Assembly (NCBI GenBank): GCA_044229245.1
Contig: JBGATI010000001.1
Span: forward strand, 322,346 to 386,345
DNA from: Gemmatimonadales bacterium
GTDB lineage: Bacteria > Gemmatimonadota > Gemmatimonadetes > Gemmatimonadales > GWC2-71-9
DNA: 64,000 bases
Direction of reading: 5' to 3'
In this document: piece by piece, positions 10,623-20,810 of the stretch
Layout of the letters: each line of letters starts with the position of its first letter
Numbering within the stretch: position 1 is the stretch's first letter
The notes under the pieces: model-generated
What the model was told of the DNA's origin: nothing
The model's database searches: none
What the model saw: only the letters and a program-made list of their open reading frames with translations
Translations under genes and position numbers: made by a program

Positions 10623-11294
10623 CTACTGCACCGCGCGGCGCGCCACTTCCGCCTTGTAGGCATCGCTGGCGTAGATCGCCACTTCCACCCGGCGGTTCTT
10701 GGCCCGGCCCAGTTCGGTGTCGTTGGGCGCGATGGGATCGGCCTCGCCCATGCCGCGGGTGCCGATGCGGGAGCGAACCACGCCCTGCGCGGCAAGATAG
10801 TCCGCCGCGGCCTTGGCCCGGCGCTCCGACAGGCTCTGGTTGTAGCCCGCGCTGCCCACCTGGTCGGTGTGCCCGACAATGAGCAGGTTGGTGCCGGGAT
10901 ACTTGTCGAGGCTCTGCGCCAGCGCGCGCAGGTTCGACCCGGCCGTGGACTTGATCACGTCGGAATCGAAGTCGTACAGCAGCCCCGACGCGAAGGTCAC
11001 GGTGATGCCCTCACCGACCCGCTCGACGGTGGCACCGGGGATGTTCTGCTTCAGCTCCTTCGCCTGCTTGTCCATCTCGTGACCGATGATCGCGCCGCCG
11101 GCCCCTCCCACCGCGGCGCCGATGATCACGCCCGCCGCGGTCGAACCGGCCGCATGCCCGACGATGCCGCCAACCACGGCGCCGCCCGCACCGCCGACGA
11201 TGGCGCCCGTGCCCGAGTGGGTGGCGCAGCTGCCGAGTCCGAGGGTGAGGCCGGTGGCGAGCAGGGCATACTCGCGAATGATGCGCAGTGACAT
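10623..11294 (-). CDS. OmpA-family lipoprotein with glycine-zipper region
   Basis: Lipobox LGLGSC, Gly-rich GAIVGGAGGAVVGGIVGHAAG, and a C-terminal OmpA domain (LLIVGHTDQVGSAGYNQSLSERRAKAAADYL...NRRVEV). Confidence 0.85.
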   Translation of the reverse strand: MSLRIIREYALLATGLTLGLGSCATHSGTGAIVGGAGGAVVGGIVGHAAGSTAAGVIIGAAVGGAGGAIIGHEMDKQAKELKQNIPGATVERVGEGITVTFASGLLYDFDSDVIKSTAGSNLRALAQSLDKYPGTNLLIVGHTDQVGSAGYNQSLSERRAKAAADYLAAQGVVRSRIGTRGMGEADPIAPNDTELGRAKNRRVEVAIYASDAYKAEVARRAVQ

Positions 11295-11434
11295 GATGCA
11301 GTCTCCGGGTTCAGTATCCAGTGTGAGGCACGGCCTGCCTCACCGCTGGAAATCTACCGTGGCGATCGCCGGCCGATCAGGGCCGGCCCCGATATCGTTT
11401 GATGTAGTCCCTGCGAGCGAGGCGGGGTCGTGGC

Positions 11435-13666
11435 TCAGGCCAGGTTCATCCGGGCCAGCAGGGCCTTGAAGCGGGGGTGATCGCGGAGCGCGATAAAGAG
11501 GAACGAGCCCTTGATGCCGTAGACACTGCCGGCCCGCTCCTGAAAGGCGCGCTCGAGGCAGTCCATCGCGCGGTCCGCATCGCCGAGTCCGGTGTGGACG
11601 TACGCCATGTGATACGGCGAGATGTAGCGCTCGGCGGACCGCTGCTCCAGCTCCCGCAGGACGTCCCGTGCCTGGTCCGGCTTGCCGAACATCCCGTACG
11701 CCTGACCGAGCTGGGCCAGAAAGAGGGTGTTGCCCCGCTCGGTGCGCACAGCCAGCTCGAGATTGGCGAGGCCCTCCTCGACCTCGCCGAGCATGAGGTG
11801 GGCCCAGCCCAGGGTGGACCGCGCGCGCGGGTAGTCGGGCTCGATCGACACGACCCGCCGGGCTTCCGCCAGCGCCTCCGGGTACCGGCCGGCGCGGATC
11901 AGGGTGGTGCCGAGATCGGCCCGGTGCATCAGGGGATCGAGCTCCTGCGCCCGCGACACGTGGGCCAGCGCCTCGTCATACCGCTCGAGCGCGCCGCAGA
12001 GCCAGCCGTAGTGGTCGTAGATGTCGGCCGAGCCCGGGTTGAGCTCGAGCGCGCGCCGGAATTCTGCCTCGGCACCTGCCCAGTCGAAGTCGTGCACGAA
12101 CTTGAGGAGGCCCAGCACGGCGTGGGCCTCACCGAGTTCAGTGTCCAGCGCAAGGGCCCGGGTAACGGCCTGTTTCGCCTCATGATAGGCGAGGTCGGGC
12201 CGGATGCTCGTGCCACCCTGCCCCGCCGCCACCTCGGCATAGGCCAGCGCCAGCCCGGTGTGCGCGAGGGCGAAGCCGGGATCGGCGGCGGTCGCCTGCC
12301 GGAAGAACGCGATTCCCTTCTCGATGCTGTCGCCCGCGTATCGGCTATAGCTGAACCGGCCCTGCAGGTAGAGCTGGTAGGCGTGCAGGTTGGTCGTCGG
12401 TTCCCGGCGGATGCGGGCCCGTTCCTGCGGGAGCAGCTCGGCCTCGAGCGCGGCCGCGATCTGCAGTGCGACATCGGTCTGGATGGCGAAGATGTCGGTG
12501 AGCTGCCGGTCGTAGGTCTCGCCCCAGAGGTGGCGGTCGGTCTCCGCGTCGATGAGCTGGGCGACGATCCGCACCCGGTCGCCGGCGCGGCGCACACTGC
12601 CATCGAGCAGCGTCGCGACGCCGAGTGTGGCACCGATCTCCCGCAGCCCGCGCTCCCGGCTCCGGAAGGGCATGACCGACCCGCGGGAGATCACCTTGAG
12701 AGAACGGATCTTCGAGAGCTGCGCGATCACGTCCTCGGTGACCCCGTCGGTGAAGAACTCGTTCTCCGGATCGGGACTGAAGTTGAGGAAGGGGAGCACC
12801 GCGACCGACGGCGACTTCGGGCGGACTTCGACCGGCCGGGTGAAGGACTCGACGAAGGCGCCACAGCTCGCGAACCGGTCCGCGGGATCGCGGGCGAGGG
12901 CCTTGAGCAGCGCCCGCTCCACCGCCGGCGTGACGGTAGGCCGGAGCCGGCGCACCGAAGGCGCTTCGTCCACAAACCGCTTCGAGATCACCGCCTGCGC
13001 GGTCGGACCGGTGAAGGGCGGCTCCCCGGCCAGCATTTCGTGCAGCACACAGGCGAGACTGTAGAGGTCACTCCGCGCATCGAGGTCGCGCTCGGCGGAG
13101 GCCTGCTCGGGGCTCATGTATTCCGGGGTGCCCACGGCCAGCCCGTGAGTTGTCAGGCGGTCCCCGGGCGCGCTTCCGCCGGCCAGCGCAATCCCGAAGT
13201 CGGCGACCAGGGCCACGCCTTCGTGGAGGAGGATGTTCTCCGGCTTGATGTCCCGGTGGATCAGGTGACGTGCGTGGGCGTAGTCGAGGGCCGAGGCCAC
13301 CTGGCGCGTGATGGTGAGCGCCTCCTCCACGGCAAGCTGCTTCTCGCGGTTCAGCCGCTCACGGAGCGACGCGTCGCGGACGTAGGGCATGACGTAGTAG
13401 AGGAGCCCGTCGCCTTCGCCCGACTCGTAGAGGGCCAGGATGTGGGGGTGGCTCAGCTGGGCGGCCACCGCGATCTCCCGCGCGAATCGATCCGGCCCGA
13501 GGAGCGCGGCGAGTTCGGGCCGGAGCACCTTGACCGCCACCTGGCGGTGATGCCGCAGGTCGGCCGCGAGGTAGACCGTGGCCATGCCCCCCTGCGCGAG
13601 CTCGCGCTCGATGGCATAGCGGCCGGCGAGCGCGTGGTTCAGGCGGAGGATCTGGTCGGGTGGCAT
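11435..13666 (-). CDS. Ser/Thr protein kinase fused to TPR repeats
   Basis: ATG at 13666 (MPPDQILRLNHAL). Kinase motifs VAVKVL, HRDIKPENILL, ADFGIA, GTPEYMSPEQ. Central TolB-N-like segment (VAVLPFLNFSPDPENEFFTDG) and C-terminal TPRs. Confidence 0.9.
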   Translation of the reverse strand: MPPDQILRLNHALAGRYAIERELAQGGMATVYLAADLRHHRQVAVKVLRPELAALLGPDRFAREIAVAAQLSHPHILALYESGEGDGLLYYVMPYVRDASLRERLNREKQLAVEEALTITRQVASALDYAHARHLIHRDIKPENILLHEGVALVADFGIALAGGSAPGDRLTTHGLAVGTPEYMSPEQASAERDLDARSDLYSLACVLHEMLAGEPPFTGPTAQAVISKRFVDEAPSVRRLRPTVTPAVERALLKALARDPADRFASCGAFVESFTRPVEVRPKSPSVAVLPFLNFSPDPENEFFTDGVTEDVIAQLSKIRSLKVISRGSVMPFRSRERGLREIGATLGVATLLDGSVRRAGDRVRIVAQLIDAETDRHLWGETYDRQLTDIFAIQTDVALQIAAALEAELLPQERARIRREPTTNLHAYQLYLQGRFSYSRYAGDSIEKGIAFFRQATAADPGFALAHTGLALAYAEVAAGQGGTSIRPDLAYHEAKQAVTRALALDTELGEAHAVLGLLKFVHDFDWAGAEAEFRRALELNPGSADIYDHYGWLCGALERYDEALAHVSRAQELDPLMHRADLGTTLIRAGRYPEALAEARRVVSIEPDYPRARSTLGWAHLMLGEVEEGLANLELAVRTERGNTLFLAQLGQAYGMFGKPDQARDVLRELEQRSAERYISPYHMAYVHTGLGDADRAMDCLERAFQERAGSVYGIKGSFLFIALRDHPRFKALLARMNLA

Positions 13667-13779
13667 CGGAATCGTCGTCGAGGTCCGCTCAGCGATGGGA
13701 GGCGCCGGTCGAGGGGGACAATCTACTCGATCCGCGGAGTGGCGACACCGCGACCGCAGCGAGCCCGGGAGAGTCCTGC

Positions 13780-13808
13780 TTGACAGCCCTTCGCCCCCGC
13801 CGTACTGT
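13780..13808 (+). promoter_or_regulatory. Sigma70-like promoter for padR
   Basis: TTGACA, a 17-nt spacer, then TACTGT, about 37 nt upstream of the padR ATG. GGAGAG SD follows. Confidence 0.45.
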
Positions 13809-13844
13809 GCAGGCGTTCCACACACCAGGTTAGTGGAGAGAGCC

Positions 13845-14177
13845 ATGGCCCGCGCCCCGATCGACCTCATGCACGGCACCCTCGACGTGCTGGTGCTCAA
13901 GACCCTCTCCTGGCAGCCGGCACACGGCTACGGCATCTCGCGCGCGATCGAGCAGCGCACCGGAGGGGTCTTCGAGATCGAGGACGCGGCGCTCTACAAG
14001 GCCCTGCACCGGCTGGAGGCGAGTGGCGCCATCGAGGCGGAGTGGGGTCTCTCCGAGAACAACCGGCGGGCGAAGTACTACCGGCTCACCCCCTTCGGGC
14101 GGAAGGAACTGAGGGCCGAGACCACCACCTGGCATGCCTATGCCACCGCGGTGTCCAGCGTGCTGGGCACCGCCTGA
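13845..14177 (+). CDS. PadR-family transcriptional regulator
   Basis: ATG at 13845. [26 protein letters not shown]...[20 protein letters not shown]...[12 protein letters not shown]. Confidence 0.85.
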   Translation: MARAPIDLMHGTLDVLVLKTLSWQPAHGYGISRAIEQRTGGVFEIEDAALYKALHRLEASGAIEAEWGLSENNRRAKYYRLTPFGRKELRAETTTWHAYATAVSSVLGTA

Positions 14178-16831
14178 TGCCGACCGAACCGAGGCGCCCC
14201 ACCGGGCCCGATCGCCCCTTCCGGCTCCCGTGGCGCAACGCGTCCGAGATCGACGCCGAGCTCGAGGAGGAGCTGCAGTTCCATCTCGACCAGCGAATCG
14301 CCGAGCTCACCGCGGCCGGCATGGCGCCAGACGCCGCTCGCGAGGAAGCGTTCCGCCGGTTCGGGAATCTCGAGGAGGCCCGTGCCTACTGCCGCGCCCA
14401 GGACCGGGGCCGGGCCGAAATCGTGCGCCGCCGGGACTGGCTCGCCGGCTGGGGGCAGGACCTGGGAATCGCTGCACGACAGCTTCGCCGTGCCCCCGGC
14501 TTCACGCTGGTCGCCGTTCTCACGCTTGCGCTGGGCATCGGCGCCAATACCGCGATCTTCAGCGTGGTGCATCGGCTCCTGCTCGACCCGCTCCCCTTTC
14601 CCGGCGGCGACCGTCTCGTCGCGCTGATGGAGGTCGTCGGCGACGCGCAGATCCAGATCTCGCCCTGGACCGAGACAGTCGCGGCATGGAAGGTTGGCAC
14701 GCGCACCCTCGAAGGGATCGACCAGTTCGGCGAACAGGAGGTGACGCTGAGCGACGGCGCCAGCTCCGAGTTGCTCGACGCCGGTACGATCACCGCTACT
14801 CTGCCCGCCTTTCTGGGGATCTCGCCGGCGCTCGGCCGCGGCTTTCTCCCGGAGGAGACCCGCCCCGGCGGGCCCGCCGTCGCGATGCTGAGCTACGGGC
14901 TCTGGCAGCGGCGGTTCGGGGGGAGCTCCGACGTCCTCGGTGCCACCCTCACGCTCGATGGCACGCCGCGCACGATCGTCGGGGTGATTCCACGGGACTT
15001 CGCCCTGCCGTTCATGGGAGGCGCGGGGACGCACCAGCTCTGGATGCCGCTCGTTCCGGACCGGGAGGGAGGCCACACGCAGGCGATCGGCAGGCTCCGC
15101 CCAGGCGTGACTCCCGCGGCGGCGACGGCAGAGCTGACGGCGATCACGAAGAGCCTGACCGCACGGGATTCGACCCGCTCCGGTTTCACCGCCCGCGCAC
15201 TCACGCCGAAGGACCTGATGGCGGACAGCCTGCGCAAGACGCTGCTCCTGCTCTTCGTGGTCGTCGGGCTGGTGCTGCTGATTGCCTGTGCCAACGTGGC
15301 GAATCTGCTGCTCGCCCGCGCCTCGGCGCGGCACCGCGAGCTCGCCATCCGCGCCGCCCTCGGCGCGGGGCGGGGACGCCTCGTCCGCCAGCTCCTGACC
15401 GAAAGTGTGGCGCTCGCGCTGCTCGGCGGCGCGGCCGGCCTGTTGTTCGCCTGGTGCGGGCTGCATCTCCTCCTCGCGCTGCGTCCCGAGAGCCTCAGCG
15501 AACTGGATGAAGTGCGGCTCGAACCCATTGCGCTCGCGTGGAGTTTCGGGCTGTCACTGGTCACGGGTCTCGCATTCGGGCTGGCCCCGGCACTCTTCGC
15601 GACCGACCGGACGCTCACCGACGCGCTCAAGAGCACGCCAGGTGGCGCGGGCGGTCAACGCAGCTCCCGCCGCTGGCGCGCGGTGCTGGTCGCGGCGGAG
15701 GTCGCGCTCTCGGTGGTCCTGCTCGTGGGAGCCGGGCTGCTGATCCGCACCATCCTTCGGATGCAAGGCACCGATCCGGGATTCGCGCCGCACAACCTCG
15801 CGGTCGTCACGCTGTCGGAGGTTCCTGGCGTCACGCTGGGCAGGGACGAGCGCGAGGCAATCACCCGGACACTGCTGGCGCAGATCCAGGCGCTGCCAGG
15901 CGTGATCGCAGCGGAACGGGCCGAGAATGCCCCACCGCACGGCGGCGCGGCCTTCGGGCAGCTCGAGATCGAAGGGCGCGAGCTTGGCAAGGACGAACAG
16001 GCGACGCTCTTCGGCATGGTCGGCGTGGCGCCTGACTACTTCAAGGTGATCGGCCAGCCAGTGCTGCAAGGCACCACCTTCGGTCCCGACACCAGTGGCA
16101 ACACGATCCTCATCAATGCCACCATGGCCGCACGCTACTGGCCCGGAACGAGTGCCGTCGGCAGACACTTTCGCCTGGACCCGAAGTCGCCGTGGCTGAC
16201 GGTCGGTGGTGTGGTGGCCGACGTCCGGCTTCCCTCGCGCCGGCTCGACATCGACGATCTCAAGCTCTACGCCCCCTTCTCGACGGCCTACGGGGTGGGT
16301 CTGCTCGTGGTACGCACTGCCGGTGATCAGGCCGCCGTCCTTGGCGCCATCCGGCGCACGGTCGAGAGCAGCAGCACGCGCCTCCGGCTGCGCCGGATCG
16401 AGACGATGGACGAGCGGCTGGCCGCGGTTCTCGCCGCCCCGCGCTTCAGCATGTCGCTCTTCGTCGCCTTTGCGGCGCTGGCGCTGGTGCTCGCGACGGT
16501 CGGTCTGTACGGGGTGATCAGCTATTCGGTGGGGCAGCGCACCCGGGAGATCGGCGTGCGCATCGCGCTCGGTGCCGATGGCGGGTCGGTCGTCGGGCTG
16601 GTGGTGCGCCAGGGCCTGGGACTCACGGTCGCCGGCGTGGTGATCGGGCTCGGCGTCGCGGCGCTGGGCACCCGCGCCATGGAGAGCATGCTCTTCGAAG
16701 TGGACCGACTCGATCCCCTCACGTTCGGTGCGGTGGCGCTGCTGCTCTTCCTCGTCACCCTCCTCGCCTCGTATCTGCCGGCACGTCGCGCGGCCGCGGT
16801 CGATCCGGTGGTGGCCCTGCGCAGCGAGTAG
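14177..16831 (+). CDS. ADOP-type MacB-like ABC permease (two FtsX domains), no ATPase partner nearby
   Basis: 884 aa from the ATG at 14177, which overlaps the padR stop (TGATG). Characteristic N-terminus [29 protein letters not shown]. Two MacB-periplasmic/FtsX modules. Confidence 0.85.
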   Translation: MPTEPRRPTGPDRPFRLPWRNASEIDAELEEELQFHLDQRIAELTAAGMAPDAAREEAFRRFGNLEEARAYCRAQDRGRAEIVRRRDWLAGWGQDLGIAARQLRRAPGFTLVAVLTLALGIGANTAIFSVVHRLLLDPLPFPGGDRLVALMEVVGDAQIQISPWTETVAAWKVGTRTLEGIDQFGEQEVTLSDGASSELLDAGTITATLPAFLGISPALGRGFLPEETRPGGPAVAMLSYGLWQRRFGGSSDVLGATLTLDGTPRTIVGVIPRDFALPFMGGAGTHQLWMPLVPDREGGHTQAIGRLRPGVTPAAATAELTAITKSLTARDSTRSGFTARALTPKDLMADSLRKTLLLLFVVVGLVLLIACANVANLLLARASARHRELAIRAALGAGRGRLVRQLLTESVALALLGGAAGLLFAWCGLHLLLALRPESLSELDEVRLEPIALAWSFGLSLVTGLAFGLAPALFATDRTLTDALKSTPGGAGGQRSSRRWRAVLVAAEVALSVVLLVGAGLLIRTILRMQGTDPGFAPHNLAVVTLSEVPGVTLGRDEREAITRTLLAQIQALPGVIAAERAENAPPHGGAAFGQLEIEGRELGKDEQATLFGMVGVAPDYFKVIGQPVLQGTTFGPDTSGNTILINATMAARYWPGTSAVGRHFRLDPKSPWLTVGGVVADVRLPSRRLDIDDLKLYAPFSTAYGVGLLVVRTAGDQAAVLGAIRRTVESSSTRLRLRRIETMDERLAAVLAAPRFSMSLFVAFAALALVLATVGLYGVISYSVGQRTREIGVRIALGADGGSVVGLVVRQGLGLTVAGVVIGLGVAALGTRAMESMLFEVDRLDPLTFGAVALLLFLVTLLASYLPARRAAAVDPVVALRSE

Positions 16832-16846
16832 CCGCGCCAGGGCCAC

Positions 16847-17170
16847 TCACCCATCCCAGTTCAGATACACCACCCGGCCCCGCCCCGTCGCGCCGAAGAA
16901 CAGCTCCGACAGCTGCCGGTCCGCCGGCCAGACCCGCTCGCCGCACTCGACGAAGTCGTTCTCGACGGGATCGATGACGGTAATTTCGACCAGTCCGTCC
17001 TGCACCAGCCGGGTCAGCGCGACCTGCACCTCGATCGGCTGAAGGGTCCGGCCGTATTCGGCAAACCAGCTGAAGTCGGATTCGTTCAGGTAGCGGAGGA
17101 TGTCCTCGTAGAGGTCGGCGTCATGCAGGATGGCGTCGAGGACGTGGTAGTCGAGCGCGGAGAGCGGCAT
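16847..17170 (-). CDS. Hypothetical protein
   Basis: 107-aa ORF with plausible composition. No recognised family. Confidence 0.45.
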   Translation of the reverse strand: MPLSALDYHVLDAILHDADLYEDILRYLNESDFSWFAEYGRTLQPIEVQVALTRLVQDGLVEITVIDPVENDFVECGERVWPADRQLSELFFGATGRGRVVYLNWDG

Positions 17171-17202
17171 ACACTGGAGAATAGGACGCTCGGGCGGATT
17201 TG

Positions 17203-17742
17203 TCAGGACCGCCGGGCCGACGACGGAAGCCCGCCCCTGCCCGTCTTCCCTGATGCGCCATCGCCCACCCAGCGGACCCCGTATCCGGCATCCTGACGCA
17301 GCCGGTCGGAGAGCTGCCCCAGGTGGTGCTGAATGTGCCGCAGGCTCACCAGTTGATGCTCGTACTTGGACATCTGGTAGCGTGGAAAGCCGCTGTGCGG
17401 TGCAGCGAGATCGAGGCGATCCACCAGCCCGTCAACCCGGCCGTCCAGATCGTCCAGATAGGCGATCACCTCCAGCGGCGTGAACGGCTCGAGCGTGATG
17501 AAGATCTCGTCGGGTCCCACGAACCGGTGATGCTCGTGGCGATGCAGCGCCCACGGCGTGAATTCGGCCTCACTCGCGCGGAGATAGAGATCGGCGTAAT
17601 ACAGCGTGTGATAGGCAATCTGCCAGCTCGGCCGGACATAGCGCGGATCGCTCCAGAGATCTCCCGGGCAGTTGTCGATCGCCTCCTGCAGCATCGCGAG
17701 GCAGGCATGGTATTGACTCTTGAGCACGGCATGGAGCGACAT
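17203..17742 (-). CDS. DinB-family protein
   Basis: Four-helix-bundle His pattern: YHTLYYADLY...HEHH...EHQLVSLRHIQHHLGQL. Confidence 0.75.
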   Translation of the reverse strand: MSLHAVLKSQYHACLAMLQEAIDNCPGDLWSDPRYVRPSWQIAYHTLYYADLYLRASEAEFTPWALHRHEHHRFVGPDEIFITLEPFTPLEVIAYLDDLDGRVDGLVDRLDLAAPHSGFPRYQMSKYEHQLVSLRHIQHHLGQLSDRLRQDAGYGVRWVGDGASGKTGRGGLPSSARRS

Positions 17743-18412
17743 GATCAGGACTCGGCGCTGACGGGGAGACGAACCGCGCGGCCGGGCGTCCGGCGCGGAG
17801 TCAAGCTACGATATCCGGCGTCGGGATTGGAGCGCACCGGCTCCCGAATGACGAGACCACCCGCCGGGATTGAATGAGAACGCTCGGACATACAACGCAT
17901 CCCCTCGAGGCTGCGGGGACCGACACCGGATCATCGTCTGCCGCGATGCACCGCCCTTCGGCAACCCTCGATGAAGTTCGCGCCGCCCACCGTGCACCCC
18001 GCTTCGGTGTCGACCCTCTTGGCGATCGCTGAGGCGTACCCGCTCCGCGAGCAAGCCGAGCGCCATGGGCGGCGATGCGAGCGGTTCGGTGCGCGGTGTG
18101 CCTCCGATCCGGCCGACGCTCTTCACCCGGCAGCCGAGCGTGAGGAGCGCCGGCGCGCCAGCTGCCGAGGAGCGGTGCGAGCGTCGGCAGTACACTGCGG
18201 CCCCGACATACCGGCCCATCGTGGCAACGATGGCACTCCCGACCTTGGCCCCCGCGACCGGTGTGAGGTTGAAGGACGACGTACCAGGCAACCCGATCAG
18301 GAATGGGCAGGCAGCAACGCCCAGAGATCGTGGCGGACTCTCAGCCGCCGGGCCCCATGAGGGCGCGCGGCGTCCGCACGCAGAACACGTGCGAAGTCGA
18401 GCAGCGCTTATG

Positions 18413-18631
18413 TCAGGCACGTGGGTGGCCGGATCCGGCGCCTCGGCGCCAGAGTCGCCGGGCCAGCCAGCCACAACCGATTGCGATGAGCGGGAACACC
18501 ACCGCACCGACGTACGCCCCGCCTCCACCGGCGCGCAGATGCTGGAGACCACCTGTCACGACGAGCAGACGCGCGGTGTAGAAGACAAAGAAGGCAGAGA
18601 TCAGCGCCAGGGTCATGGCAACGATTCGCAT
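18413..18631 (-). CDS. Small two-TM membrane protein
   Basis: MRIVAMTLALISAFFVFYTARLLVV...AYVGAVVFPLIAIGCGWLA. Confidence 0.45.
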   Translation of the reverse strand: MRIVAMTLALISAFFVFYTARLLVVTGGLQHLRAGGGGAYVGAVVFPLIAIGCGWLARRLWRRGAGSGHPRA

Positions 18632-18651
18632 TCAGCCGACGCTCCCGATCG

Positions 18652-18882
18652 TCAGGAGGTGCTTTCGCGCTCGAGGTGCCGGATCGTCCGGCGGACACTC
18701 AGCACCGCCCGGAGCGTCACGGCCGCGATGAAGAGCGGTGGAAGAAAGGCGCGCCAGCCACTGAGCTGGAGGCGATTCGCGAAGAGCGGAGCGAGCCAGA
18801 CGCCCGCGAACATGCCGGCGACCCAGACCACGATCAGGGCCGGCACCAGCGGGGCGAAGCGCAGCCGGCGGAGTTCCGTCAT
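18652..18882 (-). CDS. Small two-TM membrane protein
   Basis: Trimmed to the ATG at 18882. MTELRRLRFAPLVPALIVVWVAGMFAGVWLAPLF...FLPPLFIAAVTLRAVL. Confidence 0.45.
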   Translation of the reverse strand: MTELRRLRFAPLVPALIVVWVAGMFAGVWLAPLFANRLQLSGWRAFLPPLFIAAVTLRAVLSVRRTIRHLERESTS

Positions 18883-18911
18883 GGGTGCCTGGGAGCGGGG
18901 TGCCGGAGGGC

Positions 18912-19229
18912 TCAGGGCGTCCAGCGAGCGGCCGAATGGAAGAAGCCGCAGGAGTGTGCTTCGGGTCCACGATTGCCGAGAACATCCGGGACCAGTCCAT
19001 CGACGGCTGCGCGTTCGGTGGCTGTCCTGGCCTCGCGATAGCGTCGCTGGCACTCGCGGGTGGCTGGAGCCTGATAGGCGCTGAGCATCAGCCACGCCGC
19101 GACACCTGCCATCGCGAGCAGCATCACGATCCGGAGCCCCCGCGGCGCAGGGGCGGGATACATCGTGACGTCCAGACTCATCGAATCCGCCTTCTCGGCC
19201 GGAGGGTTTTCAGTCACCCGGTCCATCAT
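18912..19229 (-). CDS. Membrane-anchored small protein
   Basis: Single TM LRIVMLLAMAGVAAWLMLSAY followed by a soluble tail with two Cys. Start uncertain (19229 or 19181). Confidence 0.4.
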   Translation of the reverse strand: MMDRVTENPPAEKADSMSLDVTMYPAPAPRGLRIVMLLAMAGVAAWLMLSAYQAPATRECQRRYREARTATERAAVDGLVPDVLGNRGPEAHSCGFFHSAARWTP

Positions 19230-19301
19230 CCGTCTTTGCCAACATAGCCCGCCATGCTGGGCCCGGCCAGACAGGCAGCACCTGCCGATGGCGGCACGGC
19301 G

Positions 19302-19735
19302 CTACGAAGCGGCGCGGCCAGCAGCGACGAAGGCGGTGAGGTCCCGCGGGATCGGGCCCCGGAGCAGCAGGCATCCGTACACCAGTGCGAAGCCGCTGAT
19401 GACGCCTTCGAACAGCCACAGCCCCGCAGGCTGCGCGCGCTGCGTGAACATCTTGAACACCGAGCTCGCGCCCACGAAGTAGCAGACCGCGTTGGCACCT
19501 ACCACCGCCCGGGCGTAGATGCCGCCCAGCAGCGCGGTGCGGTTGATCCAATTCATCCAGGCGAGGCCGAGCCAGGCGGCGCCGAGGAGCTGGCCCAGCC
19601 AGAGACCCGAAACCGGGAACCCCGGAATGAGAGCCGAGAGGACGAGGTCAGGTGCGAAGAGCATCGCGAGCCCGCCGAGCGCAAAGAAGCCGGCGCTCGA
19701 GCGGGAGATCAGGCTGGAAATCACGAGGGTTCCGG
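19302..19735 (-). CDS. Four-TM membrane protein, unknown family
   Basis: Start taken as the GTG at 19735. FFALGGLAMLF..., LWLGQLLGAAWLGLAWM, VVGANAVCYFVGA, ISGFALVYGCLLL. Confidence 0.5.
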
Positions 19736-19773
19736 AAGCAGGAGGGTGGTGTCGAAGCGGAGAGTAGTTTCCC

Positions 19774-20262
19774 TCATCGCTCGCCGTCGGGGTGGCAGGC
19801 CATGTCGACGATGACGGTACTTGCGAGGATGAGGACGGCGTCCTCCCCGTCGGCAATGTCCACGCCGTACGAGTCGGTCCACGAGAACCACTGCTTCGAG
19901 ACCGTCGCGACCGTCCTCCCGCCCCGGCTCACCTGGTACTCATGATCGGTGAAGTCCCCCTCGGCGGTCAGGTCGTTGGGCCCCGGCACGTCGATGGTGA
20001 AGACACAGTGGAAGAGGGTGAAGATCTGCTTCTTCACGACCGCGGCGAGCTGCCCATCGCGGTACAGCTCGTAGGTCGGCCCCCAGGCCAGCAGCTTCTG
20101 CCTGATGAAGGCCAGCTCGTTCCCCTGCATGTCCTGAAAGGAGAGCTGGTTCCCGAGGCTGATCGCCTTGCCGTCCACGAAGAAGGCGTCGCGGCCGTCG
20201 GCGGTCTGGATGGTGAAGTCGTCACCCCACGAGAACAGCTTCTGCCGCATCTGGTAGCGCAT
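19774..20262 (-). CDS. LURP-one-related / tubby C-terminal-like (DUF567) protein
   Basis: ATG at 20262. MRYQMRQKLFSWGDDFTIQTADGRDAFFVDGK...FQDMQGNELAFIRQKLLAWGPTYELY... Confidence 0.7.
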   Translation of the reverse strand: MRYQMRQKLFSWGDDFTIQTADGRDAFFVDGKAISLGNQLSFQDMQGNELAFIRQKLLAWGPTYELYRDGQLAAVVKKQIFTLFHCVFTIDVPGPNDLTAEGDFTDHEYQVSRGGRTVATVSKQWFSWTDSYGVDIADGEDAVLILASTVIVDMACHPDGER

Positions 20263-20315
20263 CGCTCGTCCGGAATCAGAGGGTGACAATCATACTGCGC
20301 GCAGACCGGGAAGTT

Positions 20316-20801
20316 TCACGGCGAGGGTGCAGGACGACGCAACTCGCGGAAGGGGCGGGCATCGGAATCGACACCGAATCGTTGAGCGACTCGAGCGCGA
20401 ACAAGTCGACCCTCCGCAACGGGCGCCCTGAATTTCAGTTCGGGGAGGTGACGGAGCAGCTGGGCGGTCCATAGGCTGTCGGTCTCCTGAAATGCCACGA
20501 CCCCGCACGGGTCCAGACTGCCGTCCGCGTTGACCCAGAACGAGAGAACCACGCTCGCCTTGCGTGGCCAGCCCTCGAGTTGGCGAAAGAACACCCTCTC
20601 GGAGGCCGGATCGATGCGAAGTCCTCGATCCGGCAGGGCGGGTTGGGTCACAGTCGAGGTGTCGGCGGGACAGCTCGCCCCCGGTATCTGGGTGTGCCGT
20701 GGCCGCTGGCCGGCGAGCGGGGCGGCAGGAAGCAGGACGAGGGCGATGCCCAGTGCGAGCAACAGAGACGGCGGGCGCAGCGGCCGATGCGTTCCGCTCA
20801 C
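20316..20801 (-). CDS. Secreted protein with TonB C-terminal-like domain
   Basis: GTG start. Signal peptide LLLALGIALVLLPAAPLAG. C-terminal ASVVLSFWVNADGSLDP...LKFRAPVAEGRLVRARV. Confidence 0.45.
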   Translation of the reverse strand: MSGTHRPLRPPSLLLALGIALVLLPAAPLAGQRPRHTQIPGASCPADTSTVTQPALPDRGLRIDPASERVFFRQLEGWPRKASVVLSFWVNADGSLDPCGVVAFQETDSLWTAQLLRHLPELKFRAPVAEGRLVRARVAQRFGVDSDARPFRELRRPAPSP

Positions 20802-20810
20802 GTCGCGCTC

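Noticed and set aside
8915-10882. 655-aa + strand ORF
   Set aside because: Antisense to korA and the OmpA-like gene, with a low-complexity Arg/Gly/Pro/Ala-rich product.
11477-13783. 768-aa + strand ORF
   Set aside because: Antisense to the Ser/Thr kinase-TPR gene, which carries all the kinase motifs. Artefact of high GC.
17806-18552. 248-aa - strand ORF
   Set aside because: It overlaps the better small membrane ORF at 18413-18631 and is mostly Arg/Ser/Gly/Ala-rich. It is kept only as part of the unassigned-region finding.
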